Shown piece after piece: positions 29,525 through 37,734 of a stretch of 64,000 nucleotides of DNA (its first letter is position 1; each line of letters starts with the position of its first letter). This DNA is from Dehalococcoidia bacterium (GTDB taxonomy: Bacteria; Chloroflexota; Dehalococcoidia; Lucifugimonadales; QGNO01): positions 153,859-217,858 of the forward strand of contig CBDFLI010000002.1 in NCBI GenBank assembly GCA_965249115.1, written 5' to 3'. Position numbers and translations under genes: made by a program. The notes below the pieces were generated by a model. The model was not told where the DNA came from, did no database searches, and saw only the letters and a list, made by a program, of their open reading frames with translations.

Positions 29525-29675
29525 ACCATTCATCACTCAAAATCTTGCGTTTGTCCAACTCTGATCGTAAGGCGCAGTAGAATTCTCCTTGATACCCACG
29601 CTCGGTTCTAAAAAATCTGGCCCGGGTAACCCGCTTGAGCGCTTGGACAGTAGCGGCAACGATTTGCTCATGCAT
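29520..29675 (-). pseudogene. 5' part (52 codons) of the IS-disrupted gene
   Basis: MHEQIVAATVQALKRVTRARFFRTERGYQGEFYCALRSELDKRKILSDEWFE. The track ORF then runs on into the IS end. Confidence 0.7.
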
Positions 29676-29737
29676 AGTGCTCTCCTAGTTTCCAGATCGA
29701 TTGGTAAATCCATAAAATTATCTACGAGATGAACTAC

Positions 29738-30343
29738 CTAACCTTTCCTAATTCCGTTTGCGATTTGGTCTAGTTTGTTTATAGCTGCTTGTGCTCCGGT
29801 CTGTGCATAGGCATGAAAAGCTAAATCTCCTGGGCGCAGTTCAACTCCTTTCTCCAACTCCGCAACTACTAGTGTGATGTAGTCCATTACTGGAGGATTG
29901 AAGAGCTCACCAGCGACTAGTTTCTCGTTGTCTAGTTCTTTTCTTGCTTTCACATATTCTGTATGCGCGTCATCACGCTTATTTATCGCCTCTGTATGGA
30001 AGTCATTTGGACGCATTTCTTGTAGAAACCTGAGGTCCCGTTCCCTTTCTATAAGGGTCTGAGCGGCTGACTGAAAGATTCCGATTGCTTTAAAAAGGGC
30101 ATCCCTATTTGATAACCCAGCTTGACGGGCCTCTGCCTTGTTCCGCCCTATAGTCCTCCAAATCACTCCAGTAAGTGCTGTTCCAACAACGAACAATCCG
30201 CCATATAACCAAGCCACTCCTGAAGTCGTGACCCAATCTAGCAAAGTGGTCACGGCTTGCCCTTCTCTGAACCAATAAAGGAGAAAGGCGACCAAGAAGA
30301 GGAGAAGCCACAAGACGAGAATATAGAGAATTCTCTTTCGCAT
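29738..30343 (-). CDS. hypothetical membrane protein (two N-terminal TM helices plus a helical C-terminal domain)
   Basis: AT-rich ORF. MRKRILYILVLWLLLFLVAFLLYW... and GVAWLYGGLFVVGTALTGVIW. No motif recognised. Confidence 0.5.
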   Translation of the reverse strand: MRKRILYILVLWLLLFLVAFLLYWFREGQAVTTLLDWVTTSGVAWLYGGLFVVGTALTGVIWRTIGRNKAEARQAGLSNRDALFKAIGIFQSAAQTLIERERDLRFLQEMRPNDFHTEAINKRDDAHTEYVKARKELDNEKLVAGELFNPPVMDYITLVVAELEKGVELRPGDLAFHAYAQTGAQAAINKLDQIANGIRKG

Positions 30344-30499
30344 AGTTGCACTCTGCACCCTAGGTTGGGGGTAGCCTACACCAATCCCAAGCATCACTCC
30401 ACATTCGCCTACCAGTACCAGTCGTTTTCATCCCTTGACATTTACCCTACTCGGGGGCATGGTAAGTCCGGTTATTGAGGAGCTATACAGGAGGCGAAG

Positions 30500-31279
30500 A
30501 TGGCAGACCTTTCTCTGTTTGACCTGACGGACAGGGTTGCGATTGTGACGGGCGGCGGGAACGGGATCTCCAAGGCTGTGGCCCTGGGATACGCCAGGGC
30601 AGGGGCCCACGTCTGCGTGATTGACAAGGTGCCCGGAAGGTCCGAGGCGACGGCGGCAGCCATCGAGGACCTGGGACGGTCATCCATCTACGACACGGGC
30701 CATGTAGGTTACCAGGAGGTGGCCGATGGGTTCGTAAAACAGGTGAAGGACAAGTTCGGTCGGGTGGACATACTGTTCAACGGCGCGGGTGGGATGCGTA
30801 CATCCGAGGGTCTGTACTACGAGAAACCGGTGGAGGAGATAACGGAGGAGGACCTGGACGAGGTGATCCGGAACAACGTCAAGGGCACCTTCTTCATGTG
30901 CAAGGCGGCTGGAGCCATGATGTTGGACCAAGGCTCCGGAAGCATCATAAACGTCAGCTCCGTCAGCGGGTTTGAGCCGTCGCCGCGGCGTACACCCTAT
31001 GCCATCAGCAAGGGCGGCATCACCAGCTTCACGCGGAGCCTGGGAGCCGAGTGGGGTCCCAGGGGTGTGCGGGTGAACGAGATATGGCCTCTGGCGGTGA
31101 CCAGGCCCCAGGAGGAGCGGTACCAGGACCAGGAGAACGTGCAGAGGATCATAGGCCGCCAGATGGTCAAGCGGCTGGGTGCGCCGGAGGACCATGTGGG
31201 TATAGCCATATTTCTGGCGTCGGACGCCAGCGAGTGGGCGTGCGGCGTCACCTTCAGGGTGGACGGAGGACACTTTTAA
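30500..31279 (+). CDS. SDR-family oxidoreductase (FabG-like)
   Basis: VAIVTGGGNGISKAVALGYARAGAHV; NVSS...YAISKGG catalytic triad region. Confidence 0.85.
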   Translation: MADLSLFDLTDRVAIVTGGGNGISKAVALGYARAGAHVCVIDKVPGRSEATAAAIEDLGRSSIYDTGHVGYQEVADGFVKQVKDKFGRVDILFNGAGGMRTSEGLYYEKPVEEITEEDLDEVIRNNVKGTFFMCKAAGAMMLDQGSGSIINVSSVSGFEPSPRRTPYAISKGGITSFTRSLGAEWGPRGVRVNEIWPLAVTRPQEERYQDQENVQRIIGRQMVKRLGAPEDHVGIAIFLASDASEWACGVTFRVDGGHF

Positions 31280-31293
31280 AGCTGCCTACCCTG

Positions 31294-31335
31294 GATTCTT
31301 CGTCCCGATGGAATCGGGACTCCTCAGAATGACAG
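31294..31335 (+). repeat. short dispersed element GATTCTTC-[hairpin]-AGAATGACAG (copy B)
   Basis: Same termini as 19007..19033, with an inserted 8-bp-stem hairpin GTCCCGAT-GGA-ATCGGGAC. It lies between convergent genes. Confidence 0.5.
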
Positions 31336-31388
31336 AACGAAGGGCCAAGGGCGACTTATTGCGAGGGCGGTTAGAGACGTGTATCAGG

Positions 31389-32570
31389 TCAGGCTACGAG
31401 GGCGCGTTGGGCTGCTGCCAGGCCCTCGCCGCGGGCCACTTCATACCCCTCCTGAGCCAGGACCTCCTCCAGTGCGGAGAGGAAGGTGAAGACGCTGGAC
31501 GAGTTGGAGTTCTGGCCCATGAGTCCGATGCGCCAGACCTTGGCGGCCACCGGCCCCAACCCGCCGCCGATCTCTATGTTGTGCTGACGCAGCAGTGTTG
31601 AGCGTACTTTGGCGTCGGTGATGCCTTCCGGAATGCGTACCGTGGTCAGGGTTGGCAACCGGGCACCCTCTTTGGCGAACAGCTCCAGTCCCATGCCTTC
31701 CAGCCCCGCGCGCAAGGCTCTGGCGTTGCGTTCGTGGCGTTGGTACCTCGCCTCCAGACCCTCTTCCAGTACCACCCGTAGGCCTTCCCGTAGGCCGTAA
31801 ACCATGGATATGGGTGCCGTGTGGTGGTAAGCCCTGTTCTCCGACCAGTAGGTCCTGAGGAGAGACATGTCCAGGTACCAGCTCTGGACGGGGGTTTTAC
31901 GGTTGGTGAGCACGTCTTCGGCTCGTTTGCCCAGGGTAATGGGAGCCAGGCCGGGTGGGCAGCCCAGGCATTTCTGGGTCCCGCTGTAGCATGTGTCGAC
32001 GTCCCACCGGTCTATGGCGACCTCGACTCCACCCAGGGAGGTCACGGCGTCAACAATTGCCAGGGCGTCATGGTCGTGGGCTATCCTGGCGATCTCGGCG
32101 ACGGAGCTGAGGACGCCTGTAGAGGTCTCGGCGTGGACCATGGCGACGGCCTTGATTTTGGAGTGCTTTTTGATTTCGGCCTCTATAGCCTCCGGCGATA
32201 CGGGATGACCCCATTCGTATTCTACCCTGTGGACGGCGGCCCTGCACCTTCCGGCTACCTGGGCGATCCGGTCACCGAAATAGCCGTTGACCGCCACGAT
32301 GATGGAGTCGCCGGGTTCCAGGGTGTTGACCAGGGCCGCTTCCATTCCAGCCGAACCGGTGCCGGAGATGGGCAGCGTAACGCCGTTGGACGTCTGGAAC
32401 ACCTGGCGCAGCATCTCTCGGACGTCGTCCATAACGCCCAGGAAGTCGGGGTCCAGGTGGCCCAGCAGGGGCGAGGCCATAGCCTGGAGCACCCGGGGGT
32501 TGACGTTGCTGGGGCCGGGCCCCAATAGGAGACGGGCCGGCGGGTTAAACTCCTGGAGGTAGGTGGTCAT
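31389..32570 (-). CDS. class V aminotransferase (alanine-glyoxylate / serine-pyruvate aminotransferase)
   Basis: ATG at 32570 follows GAGGAA. LLLGPGPSNVNPRVLQAM; ISGTGSAGMEAA; YSGTQKCLGCPPGLAPI (PLP-Lys). Confidence 0.85.
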   Translation of the reverse strand: MTTYLQEFNPPARLLLGPGPSNVNPRVLQAMASPLLGHLDPDFLGVMDDVREMLRQVFQTSNGVTLPISGTGSAGMEAALVNTLEPGDSIIVAVNGYFGDRIAQVAGRCRAAVHRVEYEWGHPVSPEAIEAEIKKHSKIKAVAMVHAETSTGVLSSVAEIARIAHDHDALAIVDAVTSLGGVEVAIDRWDVDTCYSGTQKCLGCPPGLAPITLGKRAEDVLTNRKTPVQSWYLDMSLLRTYWSENRAYHHTAPISMVYGLREGLRVVLEEGLEARYQRHERNARALRAGLEGMGLELFAKEGARLPTLTTVRIPEGITDAKVRSTLLRQHNIEIGGGLGPVAAKVWRIGLMGQNSNSSSVFTFLSALEEVLAQEGYEVARGEGLAAAQRALVA

Positions 32571-33001
32571 ACAGATTTCCTCTTGCGTTTTTCGTAAGAA
32601 CGCCGGCGGGCCAGTAATGCATGCAGGTGAAAGCCAGCCAGTGGAGGATAGTATATCATCAGTCACAACGGAGGCCCTGGCGCTGGCGATAGGGGTGGGT
32701 TGGCGCGACCATTCATTTGCCGGCATACGCTACCGGGATTCCTTGACAACGCGGAACAGGCCCCCGTACAGTGAATTGACACCAATGTCAGCTTGGCCGG
32801 ACTGTGCTTGGCCCAGTTAACGCTCTTACGAAATGACCAGTTGGTTCTATTCGGGTTCTTTGGGACGCCTCTGTTGGGCCGTCCTTGACGGGATGCGGAG
32901 GCCATTCCCCTTGGGATGCGGAGTTAGTGGACGGAGGTATTTGGGGCGGGCACGTAGCTACCACATATCTGTGTGACAAGGCGGCAGTGTAGGAAGATTT
33001 A

Positions 33002-33547
33002 ATGACCGACTCCACGTATGAAATGGGCCGGGTTGCCCGTCTTAAAGCGGACGCTGTGGGCCAACCGGGCTCGCGCCGTTTTCGTCTTCTGGTGGAGTCG
33101 CAGTCGGGCCAGGCGGGGGTTGTGTGGATGGAAAAGGAGCAACTTTTCAACCTGGGGATCATGTTGAAACGCCTTACCGTGATGGTGGAGGAGGAGGGGG
33201 TGGAGAGAAGGGTTGAGGAGGTCTCAGACCCCAAGGGAGAAGACGCCACGGTGCCGGTAACGGAGGCGTCTCCGGTAGTGGAGTTCCAGGCAGCGCGAAT
33301 GGCCGTGGGCTACGACAAGGACACGGCCCTTTTCATAATCACTGCGTATGATACGGATGAGTCGGACCCGCCCAGCAACGAACTTACCCTGGCGGCCACA
33401 CAACAGGAGGTGGACGCCCTGGCGGACGAGTCGTTGGAGGTGTGCGCTGCGGGGCGTCCCAGGTGCAGACTTTGCGGTGCGCCTATGGACCCGGAGGGGC
33501 ACGTTTGCCCAAAGCACAACGGGCATGGACGTTGGGAAGTGGCGTGA
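33002..33547 (+). CDS. DUF3090 family protein
   Basis: GQPGSRRFRLLV..; C-terminal GRPRCRLCGAPMDPEGHVCPKHNGH zinc-ribbon-like tail. Paired with an SCO1664-family gene, as is typical. Confidence 0.75.
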   Translation: MTDSTYEMGRVARLKADAVGQPGSRRFRLLVESQSGQAGVVWMEKEQLFNLGIMLKRLTVMVEEEGVERRVEEVSDPKGEDATVPVTEASPVVEFQAARMAVGYDKDTALFIITAYDTDESDPPSNELTLAATQQEVDALADESLEVCAAGRPRCRLCGAPMDPEGHVCPKHNGHGRWEVA

Positions 33548-33646
33548 GGTCTAAACCGGATGGGCGCTGCACAGGCTTCTTACGGGAAGAGTGCGCACCG
33601 GTAGATAGGATGCTGCTCCTCTCAAGCAGGGCCTAGGTAGCACGCC

Positions 33647-34393
33647 ATGGACCTACACCTAGGTAGTGGTTCGTCTCGTTTTCCCAGGGAGCAACTGGAC
33701 CTGTTGGCGCAGGGAGAGATGGGTGAATGTCGCCTGGTGGCCCAAGGCTCCAACTACACCTTTTTCACCGTGTTGACGAATGGAGACCAGCAAGAGAGCC
33801 AGGCCGTTTACAAGCCACAGCGCGGTGAGGCGCCACTTTGGGACTTTCCGGACGGCACGCTGTATCTCAGAGAGTACGCCACATACCTTGTGAGCGAGTC
33901 CCTGGGGTGGAGTTTCGTGCCGCCTACGGTCATACGTGACGGTGAATTCGGCATCGGTTCGGTGCAGATGTACGTGGAGTCGGACCCGGACGCCAACTAC
34001 TTTACGCTGTTTGAGGCGTACCGCGATGAGATGATGCGTGTCTGCGCCTTTGACGTCTTGATCAACAATGCCGACCGGAAGGCCAGCCACTGCCTGCTGG
34101 GAGACGATGGAAGGATCTGGTGTATTGACCACGGCGTTACCTTTCATGACCAGTACAAGCTCCGTACCGTGATCTGGGACTTCGCCGGGGAACCGGTGCC
34201 CGAGGTGATACTGAAGGACCTGGATGGGTTGCTGCAGGGGTTTGGTGAAGCGGGCGGAATAGGAGAACGACTCACTCTTTTGTTGAGTCGTTCGGAGGTG
34301 GATGCGGTCCGGCGGCGTGTGGACGGTCTGCTGGAGAGCCGGACTTTTCCTCTGCCGGGCCCGGAGCGCTCCGTCCCCTGGCCCTGGCTCTAA
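33647..34393 (+). CDS. SCO1664-family protein (PI3/4-kinase-like fold)
   Basis: AFDVLINNADRKASHCLL..GRIWCIDHGVTFH catalytic-loop-like motifs. Confidence 0.75.
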   Translation: MDLHLGSGSSRFPREQLDLLAQGEMGECRLVAQGSNYTFFTVLTNGDQQESQAVYKPQRGEAPLWDFPDGTLYLREYATYLVSESLGWSFVPPTVIRDGEFGIGSVQMYVESDPDANYFTLFEAYRDEMMRVCAFDVLINNADRKASHCLLGDDGRIWCIDHGVTFHDQYKLRTVIWDFAGEPVPEVILKDLDGLLQGFGEAGGIGERLTLLLSRSEVDAVRRRVDGLLESRTFPLPGPERSVPWPWL

Positions 34394-35324
34394 CCCATCT
34401 GGTGACCCTCAGGCGTCGGAGCCAGCGCTTCAGATTGCGACGCGGGCGAAGATTATCGGCTACCATCTTCACTAGAGGCCCGTTCCCCACCAGGACACCG
34501 GCACCCCATTTTCTCAGGTCGCCGTCTGGAGGCAGTCCCGTCGAGCGCTCCAGGAAGGAGCGCAGGGATGTCCAACGACGCGTGGAGGTGTGGATTAGTG
34601 CATCGCCTCCGGCCTCCCGGATTATGAGCACGCCGGCGGCAACGTCCCATATCTTGGGAGCGCTGAAGGCGGCGTACTGCAATGCGCCGGACGCTACGAG
34701 GGCTAGCTCATAGGCGATGCTCCCGGTAATTCTCATGTCGCCTATTTTTCCCTTTAAGCCCTTGCCAACGCTGAACTGGGCCCAGGTGGAGGGGGGCAGC
34801 ATGAACAGGCCCGTAGAGGTAGGCTCCGGCTGGTCAAAGACGTGGACGGGCGTGTCTTCGGCGAATGCTCCGTTACCGGCGCTGGCATGAATGACGTGGC
34901 CTCCCTTGGCTAGGGGCCAGGGGATGAACAGGGCACCGGCCACGGGGACGCCGCGGTGGAGCACGCCGATGGAGACGCTGAAGAAGGGATACCGGTTGAT
35001 GTAGTTGGAGGTTCCGTCCAGAGGGTCAACTACCCAGAAGAAGTCACTGTCTTGGGCCTGTGCATCAGGAGTTTCCTCGGAGAGGATGGCATGGTCCGGA
35101 AACTTTTCCCGGATGCCATCCATCACCAGCGTTTCGGCCTGTTTGTCGGCGTTGGTGACCGGGTCTTTTTGTCCTTCCGACTTGTACTGGACCTGGAGAT
35201 CACGCTGGAACAGTTCCATAAGGAGGCTGCCGGCCCTGCGTGCGAGAGCGGTGGCGTGCTCTTCGATGGATGACAGGAGGGAGGCGTCCAGGACCTGTAC
35301 GGTGTCAGGGCCGGACGTATTCAT
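34272..35324 (-). CDS. inositol monophosphatase family protein with a basic C-terminal extension
   Basis: LSEETPD; WVVDPLDGTSNY; WDVAAG. The last 60 aa or so are Arg-rich and overlap the SCO1664 3' end in antisense. Confidence 0.8.
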   Translation of the reverse strand: MNTSGPDTVQVLDASLLSSIEEHATALARRAGSLLMELFQRDLQVQYKSEGQKDPVTNADKQAETLVMDGIREKFPDHAILSEETPDAQAQDSDFFWVVDPLDGTSNYINRYPFFSVSIGVLHRGVPVAGALFIPWPLAKGGHVIHASAGNGAFAEDTPVHVFDQPEPTSTGLFMLPPSTWAQFSVGKGLKGKIGDMRITGSIAYELALVASGALQYAAFSAPKIWDVAAGVLIIREAGGDALIHTSTRRWTSLRSFLERSTGLPPDGDLRKWGAGVLVGNGPLVKMVADNLRPRRNLKRWLRRLRVTRWVRARARGRSAPGPAEEKSGSPADRPHAAGPHPPPNDSTKE

Positions 35325-35424
35325 ATCAACACAAGGACACGGGCCAGCACCAGGAACAAGGGCATGCCTAGGCGGACGGGTACGAGGCCTTGACGTGGGT
35401 GTTCAGTCCGCCCCGTTCGTTGTA

Positions 35425-35769
35425 TCACGCCTCGACGACCATGGACTCCGGGTCGAGCATGGCCACGAGGTCCTTAAGCACGAGGTTGACCGCGTGCTCC
35501 TGGAGGATACCGACGTTGCGGTAGGAGGTAAGGTAGTACTTGAAGGACTTCAGCTCGACAAGGCGGTTGCGCGGACGGTAGGTGACGACGAGGCGTCCGA
35601 AGTCGGGGAGGCCGGTCCAGGGGCAGACGGAGGTGAACTCTACCGTCTCGTAGGTCACGTCGGTAGCGGAACCCGGGTAGTCATACGGGATGTGCTCCAG
35701 GACCTGGGTGTCAACGCTGGTGGCGTCCTCGACGTCGTACCTGCGGCTAGTGTACTTATCGGTAAGCAT
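35425..35769 (-). CDS. queF: NADPH-dependent 7-cyano-7-deazaguanine (preQ0) reductase, unimodular type
   Basis: VEFTSVCPWTGLPDFGRLVVTYRP and the QueF motif region ELKSFKYYLTSYRN. ATG at 35769 follows AGGAG and matches the promoter position. Confidence 0.85.
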   Translation of the reverse strand: MLTDKYTSRRYDVEDATSVDTQVLEHIPYDYPGSATDVTYETVEFTSVCPWTGLPDFGRLVVTYRPRNRLVELKSFKYYLTSYRNVGILQEHAVNLVLKDLVAMLDPESMVVEA

Positions 35770-35797
35770 ACGCGCTCCTGAAGGGAGGTTGGTGCCC

Positions 35798-35826
35798 AGT
35801 ATAGCACCTTTGAGGTTAGGCACAAA
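35798..35826 (-). promoter_or_regulatory. queF promoter (extended -10)
   Basis: Minus strand TTTGTG, 17 nt, TATACT, preceded by GTGC. Confidence 0.4.
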
Positions 35827-35899
35827 ACGTGTGGATTTTAATGGACGCTATGTTCTAATAATGTACCTGGCGGCGTAGAACAACATGGACTGGGTGTAT

Positions 35900-35944
35900 C
35901 TTTTAATCCGCGTGTCGTGGGTTCGAATCCCATACGGTCCACCA
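35900..35944 (+). pseudogene. orphan 3' half of a tRNA-Lys(UUU) gene (anticodon loop to CCA)
   Basis: CTTTTAA anticodon loop, TCCGC, GTGTC variable loop, GTGGG-TTCGAAT-CCCAT T-arm, ACGGTCC acceptor strand, A, CCA. The upstream sequence cannot form the anticodon stem, D-arm or acceptor 5' strand. Confidence 0.6.
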
Positions 35945-35983
35945 GACTTGACAAAATCAAGAACTTTCACCTTACGGTTCGTT

Positions 35984-35993
35984 CTGGATCTGT
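35984..35993 (+). repeat. 10-bp direct repeat CTGGATCTGT (left candidate att core)
   Basis: An identical 10-mer lies at 52986..52995, 14 bp after the serine recombinase stop. Confidence 0.45.
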
Positions 35994-36110
35994 AGTGAGG
36001 CTCAGACTCCACTCGCCGATGGCTATCACGTACTACGAGCCGCAGGAGTAGGCCCGACTCTGCGGCGCAGCGATGCCTCGACCCCGGTCCCAGAGTTTAG
36101 GAGTCGGACA

Positions 36111-37679
36111 GTGAACAGAAGTATGCCGAGAAACTACCAGATAGAGCGGAACGCTGTCATCCAGAGATGGTACGGTGGCAATCCCCATCCCAGGAACCCA
36201 AGACCCCACAGGAGTTGGAACGAAGGCCCTATCTCCCCTGCCGACTGCTTTGGCGTCCCCATGCAGGTAAACTCCCCCTTCACCCCCTTCGGCTACTGCA
36301 TGGTATGGAAATACAGCCTGAACCGGGACGGCTACGGCATCCTGGCTATTGACGGAAAGCAGGAATTAACTCACCGAGCTGCCTTCATCCAGACCCGAGG
36401 GCAGATAGCTGAGGAAAGGCAGGTCAATCACCTTTGCAACAGGCCCTACTGCGTGCAACCCTCTCACCTGTACGCCGGAACCACTCAGGACAACAAGGAC
36501 GACTCCCAGATCTTCAGCAAAGAGGAACTCCTCCACGCACCCTGGATACTCCTCATGTCAGACGGGGCAAATACTAGCGATCCTCTCTTTCAGAGGCTGC
36601 AGGATTCCAGCCGGTACGATGGAGCGGAACCCTGGGAGCCGGTAGAGCAGCCGGCGCAGAGACCCTTGGAGGAGTTCACCTGCCCCAAGCACGACTTCGC
36701 CATCACGATGTTCGGCGGGGCCTCCAGGATATGCCGGACATGCGAGATCTCCGAATTTCAAGAGAAGGAGAGCGACGATCTAGGAATATACTCTCTCATT
36801 GCCGAAATATGCCCAGTGTCTCAGACCATAATCCCTATCTTTGAGAAGATCACAACCTCCGAGTTCGCTGGCGAATCCCACCGAGAGACACGACGCAAGG
36901 CCTACCACCGAAACCGTCAAGGCTTGGGAATGGGCTCCCATGACCTCAGAACCTGTGGGTGCGACTACTGTTCCCAAGATCGAATAGCCTTCCGAGCCGC
37001 CATCCAGCCCCTGTTGACCAGGAATGAATCAGGACTCCTCGACGTTTGCGACCGGCTGGAGCCACAAATTGCCACCGCTCTCGAAGAGGCGTCTGTGGAT
37101 ATGATGGAACCACTGGCAAGAGCGGCTGGGATGAATGACGAGCAGGTGCAAGCCCTTAGGGGACACCATAAGGACTGCACCAAGACAAGTTCTGAGCTGA
37201 CCAAGGCATCCCGAACCCTGGAGGGCGAGCTTGGATACCTGCTGTATGCCATGGCTGAGTTCAGCACCAGGGAGGAGATGCTTGAAGACCAAATATTCCG
37301 GCAGCTATTGTTCCGCTGGAATTTAATCAGGATGAGGAAAGAGGACGAAGAGCATATTCGACGGATCATCCAACCGGCCGCTGACCAAACGGCCAACAGG
37401 ATAGCCCTAGCCTGGGAGAAGGAAACAGGCGAATTAATGAGGCCATACCTCGAGAGCAAACCGGAACTCCATCAGGACACCAGGTGGCTGGCACAAGCGC
37501 TGGCGAAGAAGCAGATCCTGGAACACCTGCGGCATGAACTCCTCGGCAGGAATAGCTCCGGTGAACAGGAACCACACCCCCATAGCTCCTGTGCAGCCAG
37601 CATAATGGAAACTGGGCGAGTGCAACCCTTCCCGCGAGAGTTCGAGGAGGGCATGGGGTATAAATCAAGCGAGTTGTAG
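36111..37679 (+). CDS. HNH endonuclease domain protein with a 370-aa uncharacterised Cys-containing helical C-terminal region
   Basis: GTG start 7 nt after AGGAG. HNH_3-like core CMVWKYSLNRDGYGIL...THRAAF...VNHLCNRPYCVQPSHLYAGTTQDNKDD. Later CPKHD..CRTC and CGCDYC clusters. Confidence 0.7.
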   Translation: MNRSMPRNYQIERNAVIQRWYGGNPHPRNPRPHRSWNEGPISPADCFGVPMQVNSPFTPFGYCMVWKYSLNRDGYGILAIDGKQELTHRAAFIQTRGQIAEERQVNHLCNRPYCVQPSHLYAGTTQDNKDDSQIFSKEELLHAPWILLMSDGANTSDPLFQRLQDSSRYDGAEPWEPVEQPAQRPLEEFTCPKHDFAITMFGGASRICRTCEISEFQEKESDDLGIYSLIAEICPVSQTIIPIFEKITTSEFAGESHRETRRKAYHRNRQGLGMGSHDLRTCGCDYCSQDRIAFRAAIQPLLTRNESGLLDVCDRLEPQIATALEEASVDMMEPLARAAGMNDEQVQALRGHHKDCTKTSSELTKASRTLEGELGYLLYAMAEFSTREEMLEDQIFRQLLFRWNLIRMRKEDEEHIRRIIQPAADQTANRIALAWEKETGELMRPYLESKPELHQDTRWLAQALAKKQILEHLRHELLGRNSSGEQEPHPHSSCAASIMETGRVQPFPREFEEGMGYKSSEL

Positions 37680-37734
37680 CAGCCCAACACTCGCACGCCG
37701 CGAGAAAGCATTGGCGGCTGCCTACTTAGCCCAC

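Noticed and set aside
35770-35900. A preQ1 riboswitch in front of queF.
   Set aside because: The promoter-like element at 35826..35798 leaves a leader of only about 22 nt. No preQ1-I/II consensus (a CCC... A-rich tail pseudoknot) is visible.
35843-35944. A complete tRNA, possibly a long tRNA-Sec-like or intron-containing one, ending at the CCA at 35944.
   Set aside because: Only the 3' half folds. No candidate 5' acceptor strand (GGACCGT or GGGCCGT), D-arm or anticodon-stem partner lies within 110 nt upstream. The anticodon loop reads UUU, not UCA.
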